Shown piece by piece: positions 40,118 to 49,253 of a stretch of 64,000 nt of DNA. The DNA comes from Candidatus Coatesbacteria bacterium (GTDB taxonomy: Bacteria; RBG-13-66-14; B26-G2; WVWN01; G020348885). The translations under genes were made by a program, and so were the position numbers. Under the pieces are notes generated by a model, which saw nothing but the letters and a program-made list of their open reading frames with translations, made no database searches and had not been told where the DNA came from. The stretch spans positions 1,630,689-1,694,688 of the forward strand of contig CP070755.1 in the NCBI GenBank assembly GCA_020348885.1, in the 5' to 3' direction. Numbering within the stretch: the stretch's first letter is position 1; each line of letters begins with the position of its first letter.

Positions 40118-41101
40118 ATGGCCCAAGGAGACGTAGAACAAGCGGCGGAGCTTGCAGCGGTTTTCGACGACTTGAACTCGCAAATAAGCCGCGTTATAAT
40201 TGGGCAACAAGAGGTACTGTTCGAGATACTGATCGGCCTGGTCGCCGGCGGTCATTGCTTATTAACGGGCGTCCCGGGGCTGGCGAAGACCCTGATGGTC
40301 AGTACAATTTCGAAAGCTCTCGACCTCGAGTTTTCGCGTATCCAGTTCACGCCCGATTTAATGCCGTCCGATATAACAGGGACGGAAATCATTGACGACG
40401 AACCCGGCGACGGCCGCTCTTTCAGGTTCGTCCGCGGGCCGGTCTTCGCACAGGTAATACTGGCCGACGAAATAAACAGAACGCCGCCGAAAACCCAGGC
40501 CGCGCTACTACAAGCGATGCAGGAAGGCCAGGTTACGGCGGGAGGAAAAACCCACGACCTACCGCGGCCTTTCTACGTCCTTGCGACACAGAACCCGATC
40601 GAGCAAGAGGGGACTTATCCGCTTCCCGAGGCACAACTCGACCGGTTTATGCTGAACGTCCTCGTTGGCTATCCGGACGCCGACGAAGAAAACGAAATAG
40701 TCGCGACGACGACCTCGGCGCCGCCCGAAGACCCGGAACCGGTGGCGGGCGCCGAACAGATTACCAAGTACCAAGAACTTGTCCGGAGGGTGCCCGTACC
40801 CGAAAGCGTATTAAACACGACGGTCGAGCTCTGCCGGTCAACCCGGCCGGGCGACAGCGCGCCGGAGTACATTAACCGTTGGGTTTCCTGGGGCGTAGGG
40901 CCGAGGGCCGCTCAGCACCTCGTACTGGCGGCCAAAGGCGGAGCGTTACTACAAAAACGCAACGCGGTTACGATAGACGATATCGAAAGACTGGCGATAC
41001 CGGTATTACGGCACAGGCTCGTCCTTAACTTCTCGGCCGAAGCCGAAGGCATAACACCCGACGACGTACTGAAAGAAGTAACCGAAACAGCATTGGCTTA
41101 A
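40118..41101 (+). CDS. MoxR-family AAA+ ATPase
   Basis: IIGQQEVLFEILIGLVAGGHCLLTGVPGLAKTL (Walker A) …ILADEINR (Walker B)…. Confidence 0.88.
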   Translation: MAQGDVEQAAELAAVFDDLNSQISRVIIGQQEVLFEILIGLVAGGHCLLTGVPGLAKTLMVSTISKALDLEFSRIQFTPDLMPSDITGTEIIDDEPGDGRSFRFVRGPVFAQVILADEINRTPPKTQAALLQAMQEGQVTAGGKTHDLPRPFYVLATQNPIEQEGTYPLPEAQLDRFMLNVLVGYPDADEENEIVATTTSAPPEDPEPVAGAEQITKYQELVRRVPVPESVLNTTVELCRSTRPGDSAPEYINRWVSWGVGPRAAQHLVLAAKGGALLQKRNAVTIDDIERLAIPVLRHRLVLNFSAEAEGITPDDVLKEVTETALA

Positions 41102-41109
41102 GGACCCTG

Positions 41110-42144
41110 ATGGGAAAAAGGAAATACCTGAATATTATCGTCGCGCCGGAAGACCGGTCCTCGACTTTGAACTTCAGGCTGTCGTTGCCGTTCCTATATA
41201 CGGTTACCGTGATAGCGTCGGTAATTTTCGTCGGGGTGGTCGTCCTAATCCTAAATCAGGCAATGGATGAGGTAAAACTAGGCGAACTCGAACTACTAAA
41301 ACGTCAGAACCAACAACTTAAGGAGAAACTTGCCGAAGTAGATAAAATAGCCGAAAAAATCGACGAGTTGGAGGTAATCGAAGACAAGTTGATGGTAATG
41401 GCCGGGGAACGGGACGCCGAACGGGAACTCGAAGCTATTACCGTAGGTGAGGACGCGGAGCTTTTCGGGAAAGGCGCCTTCACCCTTCCCGACGGGTTAC
41501 GCGAGTACCATGGGTATGTAGCCGAACACCCGGGAGCAGAGTTTATGGCCCCCCTGGGCGAACCGGCGGCGGGCGGATGGTTGAGCCGCGGTTTCGGCGA
41601 ACGCGTATCGCTGGGTCCCAAGGGGTTCCACCCAGGCGTGGATATTGCGGTTAAAGAGGGAACGCCCGTCCGGGCCACTGGTTCGGGCGTGGTAATATTC
41701 GCGGCCAACGACCCGGTATACGGTAACCTCGTAATCGTAGAACACGGCTTGACCGGTTACAGCACCTTCTATGGACATAACAAAAGCTTGAAAGTCAAAG
41801 TGGGCGATAAAGTCAAACGGGGAGGGGTAATCGCCCTTTCGGGCAATACCGGTGAAAGCAGCGCGCCACACCTCCATTATGAAATACGCCTCCACGGCGT
41901 CCCGGTGAACCCGTTAAAGTATATCAAACGGCCAGGCGAGGTAACGTTTACGGATTTCGCGCCGGCGACCCCCGAAATAATCCCGGCAGAGGAGACGAAG
42001 ATTACGGAGGAAAAGGCGCCGGCCGAAGACGAAAAACCGACTACCGAGGAAACGGAAGCCGAAACGCCCCCGACCGACGACGGCGGAAGTATCCCTGAAG
42101 AAGATACGACGCCAGCGCCGGAAGGCGAAAGCGATGGCGGTTAA
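41110..42144 (+). CDS. Membrane-anchored M23 peptidase with an N-terminal TM and coiled coil and a C-terminal E/T/P-rich low-complexity tail
   Basis: HPGVDIAVKEGTPVRATGSGVV…GNTGESSAPHLHYEIRLHGVPVNP. Confidence 0.85.
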   Translation: MGKRKYLNIIVAPEDRSSTLNFRLSLPFLYTVTVIASVIFVGVVVLILNQAMDEVKLGELELLKRQNQQLKEKLAEVDKIAEKIDELEVIEDKLMVMAGERDAERELEAITVGEDAELFGKGAFTLPDGLREYHGYVAEHPGAEFMAPLGEPAAGGWLSRGFGERVSLGPKGFHPGVDIAVKEGTPVRATGSGVVIFAANDPVYGNLVIVEHGLTGYSTFYGHNKSLKVKVGDKVKRGGVIALSGNTGESSAPHLHYEIRLHGVPVNPLKYIKRPGEVTFTDFAPATPEIIPAEETKITEEKAPAEDEKPTTEETEAETPPTDDGGSIPEEDTTPAPEGESDGG

Positions 42145-42196
42145 AACGGAAAAACGGATTCAGTTCGATATAATCTGAGAAAGGAGTAAGCGAAAA

Positions 42197-42640
42197 ATGT
42201 TAGGGAAAAGTTCCGGCGGGTCCGGCGAAAGTAAACTCAACTCCCTAATCGGGAAGGGATCAAACTGCGCGGGCGATATCGCCGTCGAAGGCGGGTTGAA
42301 AATAGACGGTGATTTTAAAGGGACTATCGCCGCGAGCTCGTTATATATAGGAAAAAACGCTAACGTTGAAGCGACCGTAAAAGTGAAAACGGCCGTCATA
42401 GGCGGCAAATTACGCGGCGATATTATCGCCGAGGACAGCCTCGAGTTACAACCCAAAGCCGAACTAATAGGCGACGTACGTACGAAAAACCTGGTAGTCG
42501 CGGACACCGCCGTAATAGAAGGCCGTTTCGACATGGGTATGTCGAAAGCCTACGCGAACCGTCCGAAATTAGACATGGAAAAGGCCGGTCCGCCGGCGGC
42601 TCCGTCGGCCGAGGAAAAGGGAAAAACCGCGGGGGGGTAA
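42197..42640 (+). CDS. Bactofilin (second copy in the window)
   Basis: GDIAVEGGLKIDGDFKGTIAASSLYIGKNANVEATVKVKTAVIGGKLRGDIIAEDSLEL: a beta-helical repeat core. Confidence 0.75.
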   Translation: MLGKSSGGSGESKLNSLIGKGSNCAGDIAVEGGLKIDGDFKGTIAASSLYIGKNANVEATVKVKTAVIGGKLRGDIIAEDSLELQPKAELIGDVRTKNLVVADTAVIEGRFDMGMSKAYANRPKLDMEKAGPPAAPSAEEKGKTAGG

Positions 42641-42704
42641 ATAGAAAGCAATGCCTCGGAAAACGCCGAAGCCAACGTAACCCCTACATTGAACGCGTAC
42701 GAAA

Positions 42705-42728
42705 ACGGCCGCCGAAGCGGCCGCTTTT
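42705..42728. terminator. Bidirectional terminator between convergent genes
   Basis: aaaacggccgccgaagcggccgctttt. Confidence 0.6.
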
Positions 42729-42770
42729 AATCCCATTCCAATCACCGAACCGAGTCGAAACTTTCGTTCG

Positions 42771-43322
42771 CTAATCGTCCGCCTCAGTAAGGCCGCCGAA
42801 TCCGTCACCTGGAGGGGACCCCACCGCCGGCGACCACCTCTCGACGTACTCGTCTTCCAACACGCGGTGAATTTCCATCCTCTCTATCTGTTCTACGCCG
42901 GAAACATAATTATACTTTGCTTGCAGGTTAATAATCATCCTCGTATCGACGTCCGGCTCGAGCCGCTTACAGACTAAAACTATACTCCCGTTCCTCGTAG
43001 AAGCTTCCCCTTCATACACCTTATCATCGGGCGTCGTTATCCTCGTGGTGTTCCTGCCCATCTTCTCTATCACGGTTCCGGCCAGTATAGGAACGTATGC
43101 TATTTTCGTATATTCCTCGCGTTCGACCATAATTGCCCTGTCGTAAAGCGCGAACGTCCCTGTGAAAGAACGACCGTCTTTCGCTTCGACCGCCGCTTCG
43201 ACGATTATCTCCGCGTACGCGTCGTACGGCCGGGGAATATACTCTTCGTTATGGACTACGGCGGCCGACGCCGTCGGTATTATCGCACAAACGACAGCTG
43301 CGAAGAATAATATACTTCTCAT
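42771..43322 (-). CDS. Secreted hypothetical protein
   Basis: Signal peptide MRSILFFAAVVCAIIPTASAAVV. Confidence 0.5.
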   Translation of the reverse strand: MRSILFFAAVVCAIIPTASAAVVHNEEYIPRPYDAYAEIIVEAAVEAKDGRSFTGTFALYDRAIMVEREEYTKIAYVPILAGTVIEKMGRNTTRITTPDDKVYEGEASTRNGSIVLVCKRLEPDVDTRMIINLQAKYNYVSGVEQIERMEIHRVLEDEYVERWSPAVGSPPGDGFGGLTEADD

Positions 43323-43332
43323 AAAAACCCCT

Positions 43333-44265
43333 CTACCTTTTATGAAGAGCTATCTCGCCGTCTTCGTCAATGTAAACCGCATAGATACTTTCTTTCGCGT
43401 CCAGCGCCAGCGCAACGGAAGTACTGGGCCTTTCCGAAATCCTCAGTTCCGTACCTTCGCTAAGCGACATATCGCTCTCGACCGTATAATACCGCATATG
43501 TATATACTGGTCATCCCGGTCCACGTACGCGGCGAGCACTTCGTCGCCGATCACCGCAAGAGCCGGTTGGGCCGCCAACCGATCTTCGGTAGGGTATTCC
43601 TTAACATAAGTTAACTTTGTATCCTTGACCGACCCTTTGATCTCGTACGTCGTTAAAGAAAGCTTGCCCTTCTCGTTTACCCACGCCACGACCAGGACGT
43701 TGTCCACGACGCCGATAGAACACGGGTAGTTCGTTTCGCATTCGGGCAATTCTATTATATTTTTCCTCTTCGGCCGGGATTTGCCGAGGTCGTACACCGC
43801 GACCGTAACTCTGGAATCCTTCTGGTCCACGTAACCGATATAACCCCTCGTCCCGCCTATAGCGACGCTGGCGCCGCCGGAGCTCTTTTTGCCGACCCCT
43901 TTCTTATCGACGAATTTGAAATCGCCGGCTGATTTTATTTTGTAGTAAACAAGGTCGACGTCCCCGTCGGAGTCGGCCCAGGCCATCAACAATTTATCGT
44001 CCGATATAGACAACCCGAGAGCATTCGCCGTGCGGTCGCTAAGGCTTTCAGACTCGTCGAGCCACAGATCACCGCTCCCCTTCAGCTCGAAAAGGCCGAA
44101 CTTTAACGTCAGGTCGGGCCGGGCCCACGCGATATAAACATCGCCGTCGCAAACGGCTACTGCAGGGGTGCCGGGGCTTTCCTCGTTACTTTCGTACGTC
44201 ATAGCCGCGAAAGCGGCACCCGTAAACGTTGAAAGAACGGTAAGTATAAGACTTATACCGCGCAT
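43333..44265 (-). CDS. Secreted hypothetical protein with repeated beta-strand motifs (possible beta-propeller)
   Basis: Start trimmed to the Met MRGISLILTV, which has a GGAGG RBS. Repeats such as LLMAWADSDGDVDLVYY, VLVVAWVNEKGKLSLTTYE, VLAAYVDRDDQYIHMRYY. Confidence 0.5.
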   Translation of the reverse strand: MRGISLILTVLSTFTGAAFAAMTYESNEESPGTPAVAVCDGDVYIAWARPDLTLKFGLFELKGSGDLWLDESESLSDRTANALGLSISDDKLLMAWADSDGDVDLVYYKIKSAGDFKFVDKKGVGKKSSGGASVAIGGTRGYIGYVDQKDSRVTVAVYDLGKSRPKRKNIIELPECETNYPCSIGVVDNVLVVAWVNEKGKLSLTTYEIKGSVKDTKLTYVKEYPTEDRLAAQPALAVIGDEVLAAYVDRDDQYIHMRYYTVESDMSLSEGTELRISERPSTSVALALDAKESIYAVYIDEDGEIALHKR

Positions 44266-44396
44266 CGCTTTTCGCCTCCCAAAAAGGTTGTCAACTACGG
44301 GATAATAAGATAGATATAAAGCCGTGTCAAGGCCGACGGCCGAGAAGCCCGTCTTTAAAGCGCCGAGCCCGCAGACCGGGGAAACCCAACAAACGT

Positions 44397-44627
44397 CTAA
44401 AACGAAACCGTGCCTATCCCCGGACCAAAAGCGCAAGAACACCCGCAGCAGCTTAAAACCGCGTTGACGATACCGAGCGCTAAACAAACCTGGCCGAAGG
44501 ATTTACAAGCCCTTTCCGGTTTACTCATATATATTATACCGAGTATTATCCCGAGAATCGGTATAAAAAAGGAAAGGATATAGAACAACCATTCCGGGCC
44601 GGGCGGTTTATCTCCCCGTTCGTTCAT
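44397..44627 (-). CDS. Small membrane protein, paralogue array member 1 of 6
   Basis: PPGPEWLFYILSFFIPILGIILGIIYMSKPERACKSFGQVCL: shares the PEP.WLFY.LSF..P..GI..G.IY..K…FGK.CL core. Confidence 0.6.
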   Translation of the reverse strand: MNERGDKPPGPEWLFYILSFFIPILGIILGIIYMSKPERACKSFGQVCLALGIVNAVLSCCGCSCAFGPGIGTVSF

Positions 44628-44656
44628 CGAAATTCGACCTCCAAACGCCGGTTATG

Positions 44657-44908
44657 CTAATAGCCCGTAGATATTGGTATCGCGAATAACGTAAGGCCCA
44701 CGGCCAGATATATAATCACGACAGCCATTATGAATACGACGGTGATTGCAAACCGGGCGACAACCGTAAACAGGCATACCTTACCGAAATCCCTGCAAAC
44801 CTCCGTCTGCTTACCCAGGAATATCGCGCCGATAACTATACCGGCCACCGGTTCGATAAACGACAGCACGTAAAACAACCAGGCCGGTTCCGGCGGTCTA
44901 TATTCCAT
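44657..44908 (-). CDS. Small membrane protein, paralogue array member 2 of 6
   Basis: MEYRPPEPAWLFYVLSFIEPVAGIVIGAIFLGKQTEVCRDFGKVCL…. Confidence 0.6.
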   Translation of the reverse strand: MEYRPPEPAWLFYVLSFIEPVAGIVIGAIFLGKQTEVCRDFGKVCLFTVVARFAITVVFIMAVVIIYLAVGLTLFAIPISTGY

Positions 44909-44921
44909 AACTACCCCTTTA

Positions 44922-45257
44922 TTAAAGCGTAGCTATACATACCCCCGTGATCGCCGACTCTATGGAAGAAATCACGGCCAATAAAAACACCATTATAATC
45001 AAGTAATAAACGATACAGACCAATATTACCAATATCACTATTAATACGTATAGGACCCACACGATGATTACGGCCAATATAAAGAGTAATAACAGGGCTA
45101 TCGGTATCGCTGCGAAGATGAGACACGTTTTCCCGAACCGCTTTAGCCCTTCGTCGGCTTTAGCCAGATAAATAACGCCGATAACTATCCCGGCGACCGG
45201 GACGGCAAAACTCAGGACGTAAAACAACCACGCCGGTTCCGGGGGTCTTTCTTCCAC
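44922..45257 (-). CDS. Small membrane protein, paralogue array member 3 of 6
   Basis: MEERPPEPAWLFYVLSFAVPVAGIVIGVIYLAKADEGLKRFGKTCL…, with a very hydrophobic I/L/V-rich C-terminal tail. Confidence 0.6.
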   Translation of the reverse strand: MEERPPEPAWLFYVLSFAVPVAGIVIGVIYLAKADEGLKRFGKTCLIFAAIPIALLLLFILAVIIVWVLYVLIVILVILVCIVYYLIIMVFLLAVISSIESAITGVCIATL

Positions 45258-45267
45258 AACCCCTCCT

Positions 45268-45654
45268 TTATAATATAGCCGGTAGTAATAACGACCCGAC
45301 TACCGACGCCGCGGGCGAAACCGCGGTCGCCAACGCCGTTATTATTATCAACAGGATAACGAGAAAGTAGAACGCGAAAGCCATAAAAATAACCAAGACG
45401 TACACGATGATTACGACCAATATATAAAGCAGGAACAACACAATCGGTATCGCAGCGATGATTAGACAAGTCTTGCCGAACGTCTTCAGTTCTTCGTCGG
45501 TCTTCGTAAGGTAGATAACACCTATCACTATCCCGGCGATGGGGACAATAAAACTAAGGATGTAGAACAACCATGCGGGTTCCGGAACTTGCTCGACGAT
45601 ACCGCCATTTGCCCTCGTTTCCTTAATGGACGTCGCCTTAACGGTTTTTCCCAT
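45268..45654 (-). CDS. Small membrane protein, paralogue array member 4 of 6
   Basis: …VPEPAWLFYILSFIVPIAGIVIGVIYLTKTDEELKTFGKTCL…. Confidence 0.6.
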   Translation of the reverse strand: MGKTVKATSIKETRANGGIVEQVPEPAWLFYILSFIVPIAGIVIGVIYLTKTDEELKTFGKTCLIIAAIPIVLFLLYILVVIIVYVLVIFMAFAFYFLVILLIIITALATAVSPAASVVGSLLLPAIL

Positions 45655-45677
45655 AGTCGTATCCTCGCAAAACGCGG

Positions 45678-46025
45678 TTACGCGATGCCGGCCAGCGCGC
45701 CGATAAACGCGTACTCGCCGCCGCTAAGCCCCGCGAACGCTATAACCCCTATCATTAATACGACGTAGAAGACGAAGTATGCGACGGCAAACAGGATGTA
45801 GATGTAGATGCATAGGCAATATAAAAGGATAGGGATTATGGCCGCGATTAAGCAGTTTTTCCCGAACCGCCGGCATTCCTCGTTTGGTTTACCCATATAA
45901 ATCGCGCCGATAACTATCCCGGCTATCTGTACGAAAAACGAAAGTACGTAGAACAGCCACTCGGGTTCGGGCGGCATTTCCGTCGTCGCGTTCGTCTTGC
46001 GTACAGGGCTTCTATCTTCCGTCAT
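45678..46025 (-). CDS. Small membrane protein, paralogue array member 5 of 6
   Basis: …MPPEPEWLFYVLSFFVQIAGIVIGAIYMGKPNEECRRFGKNCL…. Confidence 0.6.
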   Translation of the reverse strand: MTEDRSPVRKTNATTEMPPEPEWLFYVLSFFVQIAGIVIGAIYMGKPNEECRRFGKNCLIAAIIPILLYCLCIYIYILFAVAYFVFYVVLMIGVIAFAGLSGGEYAFIGALAGIA

Positions 46026-46125
46026 TACATCCTCACAGTCTAGCCGCCGTGCTTTTAGGGCGGAACTCCCGCGGGTAACCCGGTCGAATTACCCACGAAC
46101 GGGAATCCACACGTATTCGAAACGG

Positions 46126-46353
46126 TTATCCGAAAAATTCGCCGGCTCCGCCCCAGAGGAACAACCCGGCCCAGATTAACGAACCGGCGCAGACCAGTAC
46201 CAAAGCTACTATAGCCAACCAGATACAAATTTTACCCGATCGGCGGTAATCCGCTTCGGCGTTGGTCTGGGCCACGACGCCGAAAACAAGGCCGAAAAAC
46301 GGGAACAAGAATGAACCGACGTAACATAGATAACGGTGCTTAGGGGGCGCCAT
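46126..46353 (-). CDS. Small membrane protein, divergent paralogue array member 6 of 6
   Basis: MAPPKHRYLCYVGSFLFPFFGLVFGVVAQTNAEADYRRSGKICIWL keeps the Y..SF..P..G...G helix and a GK.C motif. Confidence 0.45.
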   Translation of the reverse strand: MAPPKHRYLCYVGSFLFPFFGLVFGVVAQTNAEADYRRSGKICIWLAIVALVLVCAGSLIWAGLFLWGGAGEFFG

Positions 46354-46423
46354 TTCGCTCCTGATGTTAGACTTCTGCGGATATTCCCGAGTTTAATCCT
46401 TCCCTGATAAATACGTAATAACG

Positions 46424-46906
46424 CTATTTTCGTTTCTTACGGTCGGCCAACGGCAAGTAATACTCCACGAAATCGATAACGTCGTCCCTGTTCTCTTTCG
46501 CAAACCGCAGGTTCATCCCACGGAACGAATCGAGCCGCGACGCGTACGTGAAGGTCGAAAGCATTACGCCCATCTTGTCCGCGTAGTAAGACCGGAAGTA
46601 ATCCCAACCTCGCCTGCGTTTCGCGAACAAGACCCTAACCTCCGCCCCCGAACCGTCCAACCGGTAGTACGACGGGAAGAAGTGGTTATATAAAGATAGA
46701 ACCAATATCGCGGCTCCTAATACGCCGACGAACCAATAACCGGCGGCGACGCCGACCAAAACACCGGAAAGTAGGACTAGTATAACGGCGAAGATCGAAC
46801 GGACCGGATATGCCAGAAGCGGATAGACTGACCACTCGAGCGAACGCGGAGCGCCCGAAGCCGCCGCTTCGCTTCCCTTTTCCTCATCCGTTTCAAACGA
46901 ACTCAA
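46424..46906 (-). CDS. Membrane protein with two N-terminal TM helices and a ~90-aa C-terminal soluble domain (bPH_2/YdbS-like architecture)
   Basis: Hydrophobic segment AVILVLLSGVLVGVAAGYWFVGVLGAAILVLSLY, then a soluble tail. Overlaps the upstream gene by 14 nt. Confidence 0.4.
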   Translation of the reverse strand: MSSFETDEEKGSEAAASGAPRSLEWSVYPLLAYPVRSIFAVILVLLSGVLVGVAAGYWFVGVLGAAILVLSLYNHFFPSYYRLDGSGAEVRVLFAKRRRGWDYFRSYYADKMGVMLSTFTYASRLDSFRGMNLRFAKENRDDVIDFVEYYLPLADRKKRK

Positions 46907-48701
46907 AACCCTCGACCTCGGACGTTTTCACGTCAATAACCTCGCCGTCGACATCGACGCCGAAAGATGTTTCACTTTTACCCCGTACCTTCCCGGGTAC
47001 ACCCTCGACAGTTTCGCCGCCGGATAGGTAGAAACGCACCGGGCGGCCGTTTTCGGAAGCGAACGCGACGGCGGAACGGAGCATCTCAGCCGTCGGCACC
47101 GCCGACGAACGTGGTACAGGTACGTCCGGCGCAGTATCGCCCCGGAAAAGCCGCGCCCTGTTACCCTTTCTCGGTTCTCGCCAAGCGTCCAAGGTAGCGG
47201 GTAAAAAGCCGGCCTCGATTAATCTTCCGTAAATCGTTTCGTAGTCGGACGCTGGTATCCTGAAACCGCATAGGTCCACCGGCTTCCCCAACTCGCCGGT
47301 TAACTCGGTTACTTTCGCTATCTCCTCCAACCGCGTTGCGTCCTTGGCCGCCAGAAACGTACCTTCGACGAAACCCACTTCACCGTAGCGTTCGGCCCAA
47401 TCGTCCAACGAGAACACCAGGTTCTGAGGCAGTTCCTTCGCCGACCTGTCCGCCAGAAACCGTTTAATCTCGTCCGCTGGCAGGCCGTCGTCGAGCGCCC
47501 GGTAAAAGGATTCTCTGCCGATTACGTACGTCAGGTAATGGCCCGAAGACCTCAAGTCGGCGAACGCCTCAAGCTTCAAACGCTCGTCCTGACCGATATC
47601 GGCCGGTACCTGTACCTCGAAGTTGCCTCCCACGTGGAAAACGTTACTGTCGGTCGGCTCGTTCCGCGATACCCCGTCTTCGATATCCGAAACCCTGCTA
47701 AGAACCAAATCGCCGTTTACGAAACCGGCTTCCAATATCCCGACGACGAACAGCGCGCACGCGACCCGCCCGGCCGTTTCCGCACCCGTTTCGCCGTTGG
47801 CTCGCCGGGCAACCCGTACCAGATACGAATAGCGAAACCATTCGCCTTTTGGGTGTTTCCTTAACGCGAAAACGGCGGCCGCCGCGGCTCCACCAGCCCC
47901 GGTCGGTACGTTAGATAATAACGTTATCGACAATCCCGGGAACCCCGATAACACATCAGCCAGATAATCCGGGTTTCCGGTCAGTTCCCCTCCTCTTCGA
48001 ACTACGGCTAGTCGAACTAAAGCGTAATTTACTAGCATATCCAACCTGCTGGCGCCGAACGTCGCGAACACGTCGTAAAGCGGCGGTTCTTCCTCGTCCA
48101 CCGACATAAGCGGCATTATACGTCCGAGCGAACGCCTCGATACCAAACCCGTTTTCGTAAGAGGTATCGGCCGTTTAAGGGTCTCGGCCCACAGCGTAGT
48201 AAGGTCGACGACAGCCGAAGCGGACGAGAGGTTAATCGGCGTATCCGGCGCCTTGACCGACGGTAGTTTATACGAACGGGCCAGCCCGGCGGCGAGCGTT
48301 TCCATGAGTTCCAACGGGACCCTCGGTCGGCCGAGAGTCGTGTCCTTCACTGCAAGCCCGCGGGAAGCCAGCGTCTCGCCGTAAAGCCCTCCCGCTGCTT
48401 TATCGAAATACGCTTTGCCTACGATATCCGCCGTCATCTCGAGGGTGATGAGCGCCAGGAGTTTATACCTGTCGGCGCGGCCTATCCCGTCTATCAGAAC
48501 GTCGAAAGGAGCTAGGGCCAGCGCGGACGGGATTTCTTCGAGTAAACGCGCCCGGGACGCGAAAGAGCTATCGAGACCTAGATGGTCGGCTATGGCTTTC
48601 AACCGGGCAAGGTCCATCGCCTGCAGCGATTGCGCCAATTCTACCTTTTCCGGCGTTTCGGGCATAGACTCCATACTACCATCGCGACGACAACCGCGCA
48701 A
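46893..48701 (-). CDS. Large soluble hypothetical protein (602 aa), first gene of the minus-strand operon
   Basis: Long ORF with coding-like composition and no recognisable catalytic motif. Confidence 0.5.
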   Translation of the reverse strand: MRGCRRDGSMESMPETPEKVELAQSLQAMDLARLKAIADHLGLDSSFASRARLLEEIPSALALAPFDVLIDGIGRADRYKLLALITLEMTADIVGKAYFDKAAGGLYGETLASRGLAVKDTTLGRPRVPLELMETLAAGLARSYKLPSVKAPDTPINLSSASAVVDLTTLWAETLKRPIPLTKTGLVSRRSLGRIMPLMSVDEEEPPLYDVFATFGASRLDMLVNYALVRLAVVRRGGELTGNPDYLADVLSGFPGLSITLLSNVPTGAGGAAAAAVFALRKHPKGEWFRYSYLVRVARRANGETGAETAGRVACALFVVGILEAGFVNGDLVLSRVSDIEDGVSRNEPTDSNVFHVGGNFEVQVPADIGQDERLKLEAFADLRSSGHYLTYVIGRESFYRALDDGLPADEIKRFLADRSAKELPQNLVFSLDDWAERYGEVGFVEGTFLAAKDATRLEEIAKVTELTGELGKPVDLCGFRIPASDYETIYGRLIEAGFLPATLDAWREPRKGNRARLFRGDTAPDVPVPRSSAVPTAEMLRSAVAFASENGRPVRFYLSGGETVEGVPGKVRGKSETSFGVDVDGEVIDVKTSEVEGFEFV

Positions 48702-48859
48702 CAGTAATCGCCGGGAAGGCGCTGGTTAACCTATTGGAATCGCGCTTAAACGCGTACTTCCGTACCGGTTTATTCTCTCGTGCCGACCGGAGGGGTTGAT
48801 TTTTAACCTTCGGCGCGTTAAACTGAACGCGGGTAACGTCCATCACCGACGTAAGTTAG

Positions 48860-49228
48860 ATGCCGGAAAACGAAGAGCGAACGGCCGAAGACCTGTTGGC
48901 GCCTTGCGGGCTCGACTGTGGCGAGTGCCCCGCGTACGTTGCTACCCGGGCCAACGACCCGCGGGCTCTAGCTCGAGTCGCGGAAGAGTGGTCCCGCGCG
49001 TTCAACTTCGACGTAACGCTCGAGGAAGTAATCTGCGACGGGTGTTTAAACGATAGCGTACGTAAATACGCATACATTAAAACCTGTGGCGTACGACCGT
49101 GCGCCTTAGCCCGGGGCGTCCGGACGTGCGCCCACTGCGACGACTTCGGCTGCGATACCCTAACCGAGTTCTTCAATAACGTCCCGAGGACGAAGGAGTT
49201 ACTCGAAGCCATTCGCGACAAGTTATAA
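48860..49228 (+). CDS. DUF3795-like Cys-rich small protein (putative zinc/Fe-S binding)
   Basis: CGLDCGECPAY…CDGC…C…C…CAHCDDFGC: eight or more Cys in a DUF3795-like arrangement. Confidence 0.55.
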   Translation: MPENEERTAEDLLAPCGLDCGECPAYVATRANDPRALARVAEEWSRAFNFDVTLEEVICDGCLNDSVRKYAYIKTCGVRPCALARGVRTCAHCDDFGCDTLTEFFNNVPRTKELLEAIRDKL

Positions 49229-49253
49229 ACGAATTCGAACGGGGAAAAACGAG

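Noticed and set aside
44397-46353. Assigning the six-paralogue family to CD225/interferon-induced TM, TM2, Pmp3 or PLDc_N families
   Set aside because: The motif spacing (W-x4-LSF-x2-P-x-AGIxIGxIY…FGKxC) does not fit the remembered consensus of any of these. It is reported as unassigned rather than named.
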